A stretch of DNA of 64,000 nt from Candidatus Omnitrophota bacterium (GTDB lineage: Bacteria > Omnitrophota > Gorgyraeia > Zapsychrales > Fredricksoniimonadaceae): contig JAGWOI010000001.1 of the NCBI GenBank assembly GCA_028870995.1, positions 100,782 through 164,781 on the forward strand, read 5' to 3'. Positions 19,022 to 28,474 of the stretch are shown here, piece by piece. The position numbers and the translations under genes were made by a program. Each line of letters begins with the position of its first letter. Positions within the stretch are counted from its first letter, which is position 1. The notes under the pieces are model-generated. The model made no database searches, had not been told where the DNA came from, and saw nothing but the letters and a program-made list of their open reading frames with translations.

Positions 19022-20742
19022 TGCTTCCCACCCAACAGACGTTCAAGGAGATCCTGCTGCGCGACCGGCTGGTCAGCCTGGAGGACCTCGACCGCGCCCT
19101 TGAAGAGCAGGAAAGGTCCGGCGGAGAGTTAAGCCGCATTCTCCTGAAGCTGAAATTAATCACCGAAGACCAGCTCAGCGTCGTTTTAAGCGAAGCCCTG
19201 CAGTTGCCGCTCATTAATTTGAATTTTTTCAGGATCGACCCGTTACTTTTAAAACTGATCCCCAAGGAGACCGCCGAGAAATGCCTGGTGCTGCCCATCT
19301 CCAAGCTGAATGACCAGCTGACCCTGGCGATGGTGGACCCCTTGGACATCCTGACCATCGACAATATCAAGGCCATGACCTCCATGTCGGTGAGCGTCGT
19401 TCTGGCCCGGCCCAAGGAGATGCGCGCGGCCATCGAGCGCAGCTATGTGCGCAGCAACTCCGCCGACCTCGAGGAGATATTCCACGATATCAAGGAAAGC
19501 AGGGAGGCGGAAAAATTCGAACTGGTCAAGGAAAACGCCCAGCCCAAGAGGGGTATCGAGGACGTCAGCCAGGATGCGCCCATCGTGGCCCTGACCAACA
19601 CCATCATTCATCAGGCGGTGGCGGCCAAGGCGAGCGACGTGTTCATCGAGCCCATGGAGAACTGCTTGCGCATCCGTTACCGGGTCGACGGCTACATCCG
19701 GGAAATCGACCGCATGTCCAAAAGCCTGCATTTTCCCCTGATCTCCCGCGTGAAGGTCATTTCCAGTCTCGACATTGCCGAGCACCGGCTGCCGCAGGAC
19801 GGGAGGTTCAGGATCACCACCAAGGAACATCAGGAAGTGGACTTTCGTGTCAACGTGCTGCCCACGGCCATGGGGGAGAAGATCGTGCTGCGGGTGCTGG
19901 ATAAGAACCAGGAAATGGCCAACATCGATAAATTGGGGTTTGAACCCGATGCGCTGTCCCGGTTGAAAAATTGCTGCGGCCGTCCCCACGGGTTGATCCT
20001 GGCCTGCGGGCCCACCGGCAGCGGCAAGACCACCACCCTGTACGCCATCCTGAAATATGTGGATTCCCCGGGCAAGAACATCGTGACCGTGGAAGATCCC
20101 GTCGAGTTCCAGATCAAAGATTTTAACCAGGTCAATATCCGCAGCGAGTTCGGCCTGTCCTTCCCGGCGGCGCTGCGTTCCATCCTGCGCCAGGACCCGG
20201 ACGTCATCCTGATCGGCGAGATCCGTGATTCCGAAACCATGGACATTGCGGTCAAGGCCGCGCTGACCGGGCATTTGGTCGTCTCGTCCCTGCACACCAC
20301 CACCGCCGCGGGTTCCATCACCCGCATGCTCAACATGGGGGTGGAGCCGTTTTTGATCACCTCCTCGGTCGTGGCCATTGTGGCCCAGCGCCTGGTGCGG
20401 CGGGTGTGCCAGCATTGCCGGGAGGCTCATACGCTTTCCGAGGAGTTGATGAAGGAATTCCGCGTCAAAGAATTGGTGCCGAACCATGACGGCAAGTTTT
20501 ACCGGCCGAAAGGTTGCGAGCAATGTTTGAACACCGGTTATAAGGGAAGGGTGGGGATCACCGAGACCCTGGTACTGTCAAGCAAGGTCAAGGAATTGAT
20601 CTTGAGTTCGGCCTCAGAGGCCCAGGTCAAAGCCGCGGCCCGGGCCGGCGGCATGAAAACCATGCGCGAAGACGCGGTGATCAAGGCTTCCCAGGGTCTG
20701 ACGACTTTGGAAGAAGTGATCCGCCTGACGGCGCCCGATTGA
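19021..20742 (+). CDS. pilB: Type IV pilus assembly ATPase PilB/GspE (copy 1)
   Basis: GPTGSGKTTT, TVEDPVE, LRQDPDVILIGEIRD, CxxC...CxxC zinc motif, GYKGR. Confidence 0.93.
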   Translation: MLPTQQTFKEILLRDRLVSLEDLDRALEEQERSGGELSRILLKLKLITEDQLSVVLSEALQLPLINLNFFRIDPLLLKLIPKETAEKCLVLPISKLNDQLTLAMVDPLDILTIDNIKAMTSMSVSVVLARPKEMRAAIERSYVRSNSADLEEIFHDIKESREAEKFELVKENAQPKRGIEDVSQDAPIVALTNTIIHQAVAAKASDVFIEPMENCLRIRYRVDGYIREIDRMSKSLHFPLISRVKVISSLDIAEHRLPQDGRFRITTKEHQEVDFRVNVLPTAMGEKIVLRVLDKNQEMANIDKLGFEPDALSRLKNCCGRPHGLILACGPTGSGKTTTLYAILKYVDSPGKNIVTVEDPVEFQIKDFNQVNIRSEFGLSFPAALRSILRQDPDVILIGEIRDSETMDIAVKAALTGHLVVSSLHTTTAAGSITRMLNMGVEPFLITSSVVAIVAQRLVRRVCQHCREAHTLSEELMKEFRVKELVPNHDGKFYRPKGCEQCLNTGYKGRVGITETLVLSSKVKELILSSASEAQVKAAARAGGMKTMREDAVIKASQGLTTLEEVIRLTAPD

Positions 20743-22460
20743 TCATGGATACAACCCAGGAACGCATTTTAAAATCGCTCAAAGGCCTGCCGAATGTGAA
20801 TCCGGCGGATGTTGATGCCCTCCAGGAGATCCAGCAGGATAAAAGCATGAGCCTGGTGAAGGCCATCCTTAAGCAGGGCCTGGTCTCCGAGCAGGACCTG
20901 CTGGTGCTGCTCATGCGCGAGCTGCACATTCCTTCCATTGACCTGACGAAATACCGTCCGGACGATCGCCTCAAAACCCTTGTCAGCGAAAAAACCGCCC
21001 GGCAGTATGTGGTGGTGCCGCTTTCGTCGCTGGGACAGACCTTGACGGTGGCCATCGCCGACCCCTTGAATGTTTTTATCATGGACGATTTGCGCAACAT
21101 CACCGGCAAGGAAATCGAATGCGTGCTGGCACCGGCCAGCCAGATAGCGAAGGTCATCGACCGGTTCTATCAGGCGGCCCACAAGGAGCCGGCCTTCGAG
21201 ACACCCAAAGATTTCAAGGGTTTCGAGATACTCTCGTCCAAGGACAGCATGCAGGAGGCTTTTGCTTTTCAGGAAAAGGAAGCCATTGCGGTGGAAGAGG
21301 CGCCGGTCATCCGCATCGTCAATTTGATCATCAAGGAGGCGCTGCGGCAGAGGGCCTCGGACATCCATATAGAACCCCAGGAGGCCGGCATGCGGGTGCG
21401 CTACCGCATCGACGGGATATTGCAGGACATCCTGACCATCCCCAAGGAAACCAAGAACGCGGTGGCGGTGCGCATCAAGCTTATGGCCAAGCTGGATATC
21501 ACCAATACCCAGACGCCCCAGGATGGCCGGTTCAAGATGAAGATAGGCAAACAGGAAGTAGATTTCCGCGTGTCGATGCTTCCCACGACCTTCGGCCAAA
21601 AGATCGTCATGCGGGTATTGGATAAAAACAATCTTTCCATCGGCTTGTCCAGTTTGGGCTTTTCAAAACAGGCGCAAACCTTGTTGGAAGAGGCGGTTTA
21701 TAAACCCTACGGCATGATCCTGGTCACCGGTCCGACGGGCAGCGGCAAATCCACCACCCTTTATTCCCTCGTCAACAAATTAAATACCGCGGAGAAAAAT
21801 ATCATCACCATCGAAGAGCCGGTGGAATACCTGGTGGACGGCCTGACCCAGATCGAGGTCAAGCCGGAGATAGGCTTGAATTTTGCCATCGGCCTGCGCG
21901 CCGTGCTGCGGCAGTCCCCCGACGTGGTGATGGTGGGCGAGATCCGCGACGCGGAGACGGCGGACATTGCCATCAAGGCCTCGCTCACCGGGCAGATGGT
22001 GCTTTCGACCCTGCATACCAACAGCGCGGCCGACGCGGTCACCCGCCTGGTGGACATGGGGTTGGAGCCTTTTCTGGTGGCCTCTTCTCTGGTGCTCATC
22101 TGCGCCCAGCGCCTTTGCCGCCGTATCTGCGATTCCTGCAAAAGGCCCATGGAGATCCAGCCGGAGCTGCTGCAGAAGATCGAGCACCGGATCAAACCGG
22201 GGACGGTCTTGTACGAAGGCCGGGGTTGCGAGATGTGCCGCGGGACCGGATATAAAGGGCGGCTGGGGGTGACGGAAGTGCTGCAGATCGACGACACCAT
22301 CCGGGACATGCTGCTCAAGCGCTGCACTTCGATGGAGATCACCCGGTACGCCAAAGAAAATCAAGGGATGAAATTGCTTTTTGACGATGTCATTGATAAA
22401 ATGTTGGCTGGTGAGACTACTCTGACAGAAGTCTTTCGTGTCGCCAGTGAAGATGAATGA
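20739..22460 (+). CDS. pilB: Type IV pilus assembly ATPase PilB/GspE (copy 2)
   Basis: ASDIHIEP, GPTGSGKSTT, LRQSPDVVMVGEIRD, STLHTN, GYKGR. Confidence 0.93.
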   Translation: MIMDTTQERILKSLKGLPNVNPADVDALQEIQQDKSMSLVKAILKQGLVSEQDLLVLLMRELHIPSIDLTKYRPDDRLKTLVSEKTARQYVVVPLSSLGQTLTVAIADPLNVFIMDDLRNITGKEIECVLAPASQIAKVIDRFYQAAHKEPAFETPKDFKGFEILSSKDSMQEAFAFQEKEAIAVEEAPVIRIVNLIIKEALRQRASDIHIEPQEAGMRVRYRIDGILQDILTIPKETKNAVAVRIKLMAKLDITNTQTPQDGRFKMKIGKQEVDFRVSMLPTTFGQKIVMRVLDKNNLSIGLSSLGFSKQAQTLLEEAVYKPYGMILVTGPTGSGKSTTLYSLVNKLNTAEKNIITIEEPVEYLVDGLTQIEVKPEIGLNFAIGLRAVLRQSPDVVMVGEIRDAETADIAIKASLTGQMVLSTLHTNSAADAVTRLVDMGLEPFLVASSLVLICAQRLCRRICDSCKRPMEIQPELLQKIEHRIKPGTVLYEGRGCEMCRGTGYKGRLGVTEVLQIDDTIRDMLLKRCTSMEITRYAKENQGMKLLFDDVIDKMLAGETTLTEVFRVASEDE

Positions 22461-22482
22461 CCGGAGCAAGCCGGGGGCTTAA

Positions 22483-22911
22483 ATGGACGCTTATAAGGTT
22501 TTATTGGGCGAGATCCTGGTGCAGCGCAAAAGGATCACCCGCGAGCAGCTTGACGCTGCCCTCAAGAGGCAGAAGGAAAAGGGCGGCATCATCGGAGAGG
22601 TCCTGGTGGGTTTGGGGTTTCTCGATGAGCGTGATATCGTCGTAGCCCTGGTCATTCAGTGCGGGCTGCCCTATATCGCCGTCAACAAGTACGCCATTGA
22701 TCCGCAGATCGTGCGGCTGATCCCCAGGGACGTGGCCGAAAAGGAAAAAGTGATCGCCTTGGACCGTATCGGCGATGTCTTGAGTGTGGTGATGTGCAAT
22801 CCCTTGAGCGATGAACAGAAAAGCAGCCTGGAACATTTGACCCATTGCCGGGTGGCCACCTTCATTTCTACCAAAGCGGAAATTGAAGAAGCCATAGCCC
22901 GCAATTATTGA
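22483..22911 (+). CDS. Second stand-alone MshEN/PilB N-terminal domain protein
   Basis: LLGEILVQRKRITREQLDAALKRQ...IGEVLVGLG; paralogous to 18524..19021. Confidence 0.82.
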   Translation: MDAYKVLLGEILVQRKRITREQLDAALKRQKEKGGIIGEVLVGLGFLDERDIVVALVIQCGLPYIAVNKYAIDPQIVRLIPRDVAEKEKVIALDRIGDVLSVVMCNPLSDEQKSSLEHLTHCRVATFISTKAEIEEAIARNY

Positions 22912-22914
22912 TCT

Positions 22915-24129
22915 ATGCCTACTTACTCATATTCTGCCCGTGATCAGGAAGGCAAGGACGTCGCCGGCCGGATCGCCGCCGATGACGAAGTCATGGTCGT
23001 GGCCGAGCTGCGCAAGCGTCAGCTGATCATTTTGGGCATTACGGAAGAAAAGCAGGAAACCGTTCAAAAGGCCTCCCCTAAAAAGCGTATCGGCAAGGTC
23101 AAGGCCGAAGACCTGGTCATTTTTACCCGCCAGTTCGCCACCATGGTGGACGCGGGGATACCTATCCTGCAGTCGCTGGAAGCCTTGATGGAGCAATCCT
23201 CCAATCCTAATCTTAAATCCGCCTTGACCGTCATTCATGAAGACATTCAACTGGGCAGCAGCCTTTCCAGTGCCTTCGAGAAGCACCCCAGGATCTTTGA
23301 TCAGTTGTATGTCAATATGATCCGTGTGGGGGAAAGCGGCGGGGTGTTGACCACCATCCTGGAACGTGTCGCCATGTACCAGGAAAAGAGCGAGCAGCTG
23401 CGCCAAAAGGTAAGGGGCGCCATGATCTATCCGGCGGTGGTCATGAGCATGGCCATGATCATCACCACGGGCTTGCTGATCTACGTGGTACCGACCTTTG
23501 CCCAGATCTATTCTTCGTTGGGCGCCAACCTGCCGGTCCTGACCCAGGTGTTGATCGATGTCAGCAACGCCCTTCAACATAATTTCATATTGATCGCCGC
23601 GGCCATCGGGCTGGCCATATTTCTTCTTGTCAAATATAGAAAAACGCCGGCAGGTCATCTCCAGACCGACCGTTTCCTGTTGAAGGTGCCTGTCTTTGGG
23701 GAATTGTTCTGCAAGGTCTCGGTCAGCCGTTTCTGCCGCACCCTGGCCACCCTGTCCCAAAGCGGGGTGCCCATCCTGGAATCCCTGGATATCGTGGGAA
23801 AAACCTGCGGCAACAAGGTCATCGAGATCCTGGTCGAGGACGTCAAAGCCAGCGTCAAGGAGGGGGAGAGCATTTCCGGGCCTTTGTCCAAGAGTACGGC
23901 CTTCCCGCTCATGGTCACCCGCATGATCTCCATCGGCGAGAAATCCGGGCAGCTGGACAAGATGCTTTCCAAGGTGGCGGAATTCTACGACGAGCAGGTG
24001 GATACGGCGGTGGAGAGTCTGACCAAATTGATCGAACCTTTTATTATTGCCTTTTTGGGGATCGTGGTGGGATTTATCGTGATCGCCTTGTTCCTGCCGA
24101 TATTGACCCTGGTGACGGTGATTCATTAA
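22915..24129 (+). CDS. pilC: Type IV pilus platform protein PilC/GspF
   Basis: FTRQFATMVDAGIP, GESGG, AMIYP, GEKSGQLD, LIEP motifs. Confidence 0.95.
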   Translation: MPTYSYSARDQEGKDVAGRIAADDEVMVVAELRKRQLIILGITEEKQETVQKASPKKRIGKVKAEDLVIFTRQFATMVDAGIPILQSLEALMEQSSNPNLKSALTVIHEDIQLGSSLSSAFEKHPRIFDQLYVNMIRVGESGGVLTTILERVAMYQEKSEQLRQKVRGAMIYPAVVMSMAMIITTGLLIYVVPTFAQIYSSLGANLPVLTQVLIDVSNALQHNFILIAAAIGLAIFLLVKYRKTPAGHLQTDRFLLKVPVFGELFCKVSVSRFCRTLATLSQSGVPILESLDIVGKTCGNKVIEILVEDVKASVKEGESISGPLSKSTAFPLMVTRMISIGEKSGQLDKMLSKVAEFYDEQVDTAVESLTKLIEPFIIAFLGIVVGFIVIALFLPILTLVTVIH

Positions 24130-24133
24130 ACGT

Positions 24134-24967
24134 ATGCGATTCATTCTAGTTCTTATTGCTGGTACGGCGCTGATGGCATCCCCGGGTTTTGCCCAGCAGG
24201 ATGACCTGGGCACGGCTGTTGCGGGCCTGCAGTCCGTACTGACCAATTTAAAGCAGAGCGCCGAAAAATTGAGCGTTGACAATGACCAGTGGCGGTCCAA
24301 GAACAAGGAATCCGAAGCGCAGGTCATCCAATTACAGGCCCGGTTAAGCCAGCTTCAGGCCCAGGGGGATGATCTCACCAGGTCTGCCGACCGTTTGCAC
24401 GCGGAAAATCCCGGCCGGGCCCGGCAGATCGCCCGCCTGGAAAAAGAAAAATCGGATTTGGACGGCCGTATCCAGCAAGGGCAGAATGATATCAAGTCCA
24501 CCCAACAGTCACTGGACGCCCAGAATAAGGCTTATCAACAGACGGCCCACAGCCAAAAGGAAAAGTTGGTCCTGATGAAAATGATCAATGACAGCCAGCA
24601 GCGGCAGGCCCTGCTGCGCCAATCCATTGAAACTTTTAAGAAGGGGCTGGAGGCGCAGGCGGCGGCCGCAGAAGATATCAAGAATCCCCATCAAGGCGAT
24701 GATGCTGCGCTGCTTCAAATGGAGACGGATATAAAGACCCTGGAACAAAATTACGTGCAGCTCAAAGACTTGATGGCCCAGATGACCAGGCGATCACAGC
24801 ACCTGCAGAAGGCTGCCGGTCAGCGCCGCGAAGAAAGAAAATTGCAGGACGGCCTGGACGGCTTGGAGCGCCAGAATAAGCAGCTTAGGGTCCAATTGGA
24901 GAGTTTAAGCGCCAAAATGGTCGATCTGGACAAGCGCAAATCCCGTCTGGAACAAATGACCCGTTAA
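24134..24967 (+). CDS. Secreted coiled-coil hypothetical protein
   Basis: Signal peptide (MRFILVLIAGTALMASPGFA) followed by heptad-rich Q/E/K/L sequence. Confidence 0.7.
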   Translation: MRFILVLIAGTALMASPGFAQQDDLGTAVAGLQSVLTNLKQSAEKLSVDNDQWRSKNKESEAQVIQLQARLSQLQAQGDDLTRSADRLHAENPGRARQIARLEKEKSDLDGRIQQGQNDIKSTQQSLDAQNKAYQQTAHSQKEKLVLMKMINDSQQRQALLRQSIETFKKGLEAQAAAAEDIKNPHQGDDAALLQMETDIKTLEQNYVQLKDLMAQMTRRSQHLQKAAGQRREERKLQDGLDGLERQNKQLRVQLESLSAKMVDLDKRKSRLEQMTR

Positions 24968-24976
24968 TTTTGGCCA

Positions 24977-25005
24977 TTGACTTTACCGTTTCCTTGTCTT
25001 ATAAT
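24977..25005 (+). promoter_or_regulatory. Sigma70-type promoter
   Basis: TTGACT (24977-24982), 17-nt spacer, TATAAT (25000-25005); ATG only 9 nt downstream. Confidence 0.75.
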
Positions 25006-25014
25006 TTCCCCATT

Positions 25015-25515
25015 ATGTTAGCGCTCATCATCATTGTCTTTGGTTTTCTGTCACGGATCGTCGTGCATACGCCTAATTTTTCGCCGGTCTTGAGCCTGAG
25101 CCTGTTTGCAGGCGTCTATCTTAAAGGCCGCCAGCCCTTTTGGGTGCCGCTGGCCCTGATGGCGTTGGGCGATGCTTTCCTGGGTTTTCATCCCATCTTT
25201 ATCTATACGTGGGGCAGTATTCTCATGATCAGCCTGACAGGCCTCTGGCTGAAAACCCATAAGAATTGGACCAACATCCTTTTGACCAGCCTATTGTCTT
25301 CCATCATTTTTTTTGTGGTAACCAATTTCGGAGATTTCCTGATTTTATATCCTCATACCATGGCCGGTTTACAGCATTGCTATATTGCGGCCATTCCTTT
25401 TTACCGCAGCACGCTTGTTTCAACTTGCGGCTATAGCCTTGTCTTATTTTCCCTTTGGGAATTTATTATTTTGCGTCGAGAAAATAGCATATCAACCAAG
25501 GAAAGCACGGTTTGA
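25015..25515 (+). CDS. DUF6580-like putative (cobalamin) transporter membrane protein
   Basis: HTPNFSPV, FFVVTNFG, YPHTMAGL..CY.AAIPFY motifs; start moved to ATG 25015 because the promoter overlaps the longer TTG start. Confidence 0.75.
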   Translation: MLALIIIVFGFLSRIVVHTPNFSPVLSLSLFAGVYLKGRQPFWVPLALMALGDAFLGFHPIFIYTWGSILMISLTGLWLKTHKNWTNILLTSLLSSIIFFVVTNFGDFLILYPHTMAGLQHCYIAAIPFYRSTLVSTCGYSLVLFSLWEFIILRRENSISTKESTV

Positions 25516-25585
25516 TTCCGTCACGGTCCCGCTGCGGTGGTTTGGTCAGGAACTCCGGCCAATAAGTCCGAATGCTTGGTGATAT
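25489..25585 (+). ncRNA. Cobalamin riboswitch (short form)
   Basis: AAGGAAAG-CACGG-TTTGATT-CCGT-CACGGTCCCGCTGCGGTG core, AAGTCCGAA B12-box-like segment, closing stem ATATCAACCAAG/CTTGGTGATAT; upstream of btuB. Confidence 0.8.
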
Positions 25586-25671
25586 TTTGAACCTGCCTTT
25601 TTAGAGCAGGGGCGATGTGCTGCGAGAGACAGCTGCATGCGCCATACATTGAGTCCGTGTTGCACGGGAAC

Positions 25672-25703
25672 ACCCTCAATCGTTTAACGATTGAGGGTTT
25701 TTT
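25672..25703 (+). terminator. Intrinsic terminator (riboswitch expression platform)
   Basis: ACCCTCAATCG/CGATTGAGGGT hairpin followed by a T-run, just before the btuB RBS. Confidence 0.85.
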
Positions 25704-25720
25704 ATTTCGGGGAGGGTGGT

Positions 25721-27739
25721 ATGAGGATTTTTGTTATGCTGATGATAGGTGTTATCTTTGGTGCTAATTTGGTCAAAGGGCAGGAGGGGGGGGAATTGGA
25801 ACCGATCGTGGTCGAGGCCTCGCGCAGCAATGACACGGCCGGTCAAATGAACAAAGATGTGACCGTCATTACTGCCGCTGATATTGCCGCCTCGCCTGCC
25901 CAAAGTCTGCCGCAGCTGCTGAGCCAGGAGGCAGGTATCGATGCCAGGACCAACAGCAGCATCAAGGACACCCAGATCAATATGGGGCAGTTCGGGGAGT
26001 CAAGCACGGCCAATGTGCTTATCCTGGTCGACGGCAGGCGTCTGAATACGGCCGACCTGGCAGCGCCTGACCTTTCGCTCATCGACCTGAATTCAGTTGA
26101 TCATATCGAGATCATCCAGGGAGCGGGCAGCGTGCTTTACGGGGACAATGCCGATGGGGGGGTTATCAATATCGTCACCAAAAAAGGCATAGCAAACACC
26201 AAACCTTCGGTTTTGCTCACCAGCGAGGTCGGCAGTTATAAGGGTACCAAGGAGGGGATGTACCTGACCGGCGGTCTGCCGAAATTGTCTTACCAGTTTG
26301 ACTATGCCCATCAACAAAGCAATAATTACCGCACCAACAATCTTTATTGGGCCAATGACTACGGTGCCCGCCTGGATTATAACCCGACGGATGTCTTCGG
26401 CATCGATTTTTCTCAAGGGTATCACCTGGACCGCTATCGCCTTCCAGGGGCGATAAGTACGGACCAGATCAATACGGCCGGTTTCAGGGGTGTTCATTCC
26501 GGTTCGATTTCCTACGGCACGACCTCTGATTCTCATTTCGATCTGACCCCTCATCTTAGAGTTGAACAAGGACAAAGCCGGATGGATTGGTCCCTCTTTA
26601 CGTCATTTAGGAAGACCGATAATAATGTCGTCTATCCGAATTTTCCTGAGGCTCTTAATTATGAACGGGAGTCATATGAGTTCCAGCCGAAATTGATCTG
26701 GTCAATGCCGTTGACCGACCGCCTGGACAATAAATTGACCGGCGGTTATGACTACATTTATTATAAGGAGAACCGGCGCATCAACGTCACGGGAAGCCCG
26801 CAGGACATTGTTGATGCCAGGGAGGCTTCACAGGGGGTTTATTTGCTCGATGAGTTGACCATGGACCGCAAATGGCTGCTCAATGCAGGCGTTCGAGGTG
26901 CCTGGGCCGCCTACAATTTTCATCAAACACAGCCGCAGAGCCAGCTGGCCAAATTACTCCGTTCCGATACGACGGAAGGCTACGAAGCGGGGTTAGGGTA
27001 TAAGTATAACCGTTACTCAAAAATATTCGTCAATTATTCCCATACCTACCGCCTGCCTAATCTTGACGAGTTCTTTCAATATCCTTATCCGGGGTATAAC
27101 GGTTCGGCCATCAATACCGCGCTGACCTTCCAGAAGGGCAACCAATACCAGCTGGGTATCAGGGACAATACCTTCAAGGACGTCCATTTGGGGTTTATCG
27201 CCACTGAGGCCCAATATAAGAATGAGATTTACGACGACCTGATTGATTCCAGTGCGGTCTTTGCTAATGCCAATTACAACGCCAGGACCAGGCATTACAG
27301 CGAGGCGGGGGACATCGCGGTCGATCTCTTCGCCAAGAGAGTTTCGCCTTATGCCAACGTGACCTTCCAGCAGGCCAGCTTTATCAGCGGCCTTTATTCA
27401 GGCCATCAGATCCCCGATGTGCCGGACCATCTTGCCCATGCCGGCGTGATTTACCGGCCGCTGCCGGGTTTAAGCACAAGGATGCAAACCACCTTTGTCG
27501 GGAAACGCTTCGGTATCGGGGATGACCAGAACATTTACGCCAAGCTCAAGCGTTATGAGACAGTGGATTGGAATATTAAATATGATTATAAAAACATGGA
27601 ATTTTGGTTTGCGCTCAATAATATATTCAATAGGCAGTATTTTGTTTACGGCACCAGCTATGCCGCCGCATCCAATGATGAGGCGTATTACCCGGCGCCC
27701 GGCCGTAATGTGGCTGCCGGCCTAAAGATCAGGTTTTAA
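25721..27739 (+). CDS. btuB: TonB-dependent cobalamin receptor BtuB-like
   Basis: Signal peptide, TonB box EPIVVEAS, plug ILVDGRRLN/IEIIQGAGSVLYG..GGVINIVTK, C-terminal F; riboswitch upstream. Confidence 0.85.
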   Translation: MRIFVMLMIGVIFGANLVKGQEGGELEPIVVEASRSNDTAGQMNKDVTVITAADIAASPAQSLPQLLSQEAGIDARTNSSIKDTQINMGQFGESSTANVLILVDGRRLNTADLAAPDLSLIDLNSVDHIEIIQGAGSVLYGDNADGGVINIVTKKGIANTKPSVLLTSEVGSYKGTKEGMYLTGGLPKLSYQFDYAHQQSNNYRTNNLYWANDYGARLDYNPTDVFGIDFSQGYHLDRYRLPGAISTDQINTAGFRGVHSGSISYGTTSDSHFDLTPHLRVEQGQSRMDWSLFTSFRKTDNNVVYPNFPEALNYERESYEFQPKLIWSMPLTDRLDNKLTGGYDYIYYKENRRINVTGSPQDIVDAREASQGVYLLDELTMDRKWLLNAGVRGAWAAYNFHQTQPQSQLAKLLRSDTTEGYEAGLGYKYNRYSKIFVNYSHTYRLPNLDEFFQYPYPGYNGSAINTALTFQKGNQYQLGIRDNTFKDVHLGFIATEAQYKNEIYDDLIDSSAVFANANYNARTRHYSEAGDIAVDLFAKRVSPYANVTFQQASFISGLYSGHQIPDVPDHLAHAGVIYRPLPGLSTRMQTTFVGKRFGIGDDQNIYAKLKRYETVDWNIKYDYKNMEFWFALNNIFNRQYFVYGTSYAAASNDEAYYPAPGRNVAAGLKIRF

Positions 27740-27742
27740 CGA

Positions 27743-28474
27743 ATGCAGAAAGCCATTTTCAATTGGAGCGGCGGCAAGGATTCTTCTTTGAGCCTCTATT
27801 ATCTTTTAAGGTCCAAGGAATTTGATATCCGGTATCTCGTCACTTCAGTCAATACCAAGTTCAACCGGATCTCCATGCATGGGGTGCGGGAAGCCTTGCT
27901 GCATCAGCAGGCTGAAAGTATCGGCATACCTTTACGTAAAATCATGGTGCCGGAGATGCCCACGATGGAGATTTACAATGACTTGATGGAGCAGGCGCTC
28001 GTCGGTTTCAAGAAAGAGGGGATAGGACATTCCGTATTCGGGGATATTTTTCTCGAAGATTTAAAGAAGTACCGGGAAGAACGCCTGGCGCGCGTGGGGA
28101 TGAAAGGCGTTTTTCCCATCTGGAGGATCCCTTCGCTTAAACTGGTGCGCGAGTTCATCGACCTGGGATTTAAGGCCGTGCTGGTCTGCGTGGACGAAAA
28201 GGTGCTGGACCGCTCCTTTGTGGGGCGGCCCTTGGATGAGGCCTTGTTGAAAGATTTGCCGGCCAAGGCTGATCCCTGCGGCGAAAACGGGGAGTACCAC
28301 TCTTTTGTCTACGATGGACCGATTTTCAGTTATCCCGTTGCCTTTGACATAGGCGAGATAGTGCACCGTGATTACGCTGCCGCCGTTCAGACAGGCAGCA
28401 GCGTTTGCTCAACCTCATCGCCGGCGGTGCACACGGGTTTTTGGTACTGTGATTTGATTCCTAAAGACGTATGA
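27743..28474 (+). CDS. Dph6/DUF71-related PP-loop ATP pyrophosphatase
   Basis: WSGGKDS, MHGV, FGDIFLED, DPCGENGEYHSFV. Confidence 0.88.
   Translation: MQKAIFNWSGGKDSSLSLYYLLRSKEFDIRYLVTSVNTKFNRISMHGVREALLHQQAESIGIPLRKIMVPEMPTMEIYNDLMEQALVGFKKEGIGHSVFGDIFLEDLKKYREERLARVGMKGVFPIWRIPSLKLVREFIDLGFKAVLVCVDEKVLDRSFVGRPLDEALLKDLPAKADPCGENGEYHSFVYDGPIFSYPVAFDIGEIVHRDYAAAVQTGSSVCSTSSPAVHTGFWYCDLIPKDV

Noticed and set aside
19249-24327. Long antisense ORFs (19249..20523, 20769..21599, 22927..24327)
   Set aside because: They are shadows of well-supported pilB/pilC genes caused by GC-rich codon bias and carry no recognisable motifs.
27743-28474. True diphthamide synthase
   Set aside because: Bacteria lack the EF-2 diphthamide pathway; treated as a Dph6-related PP-loop enzyme in a B12 context.
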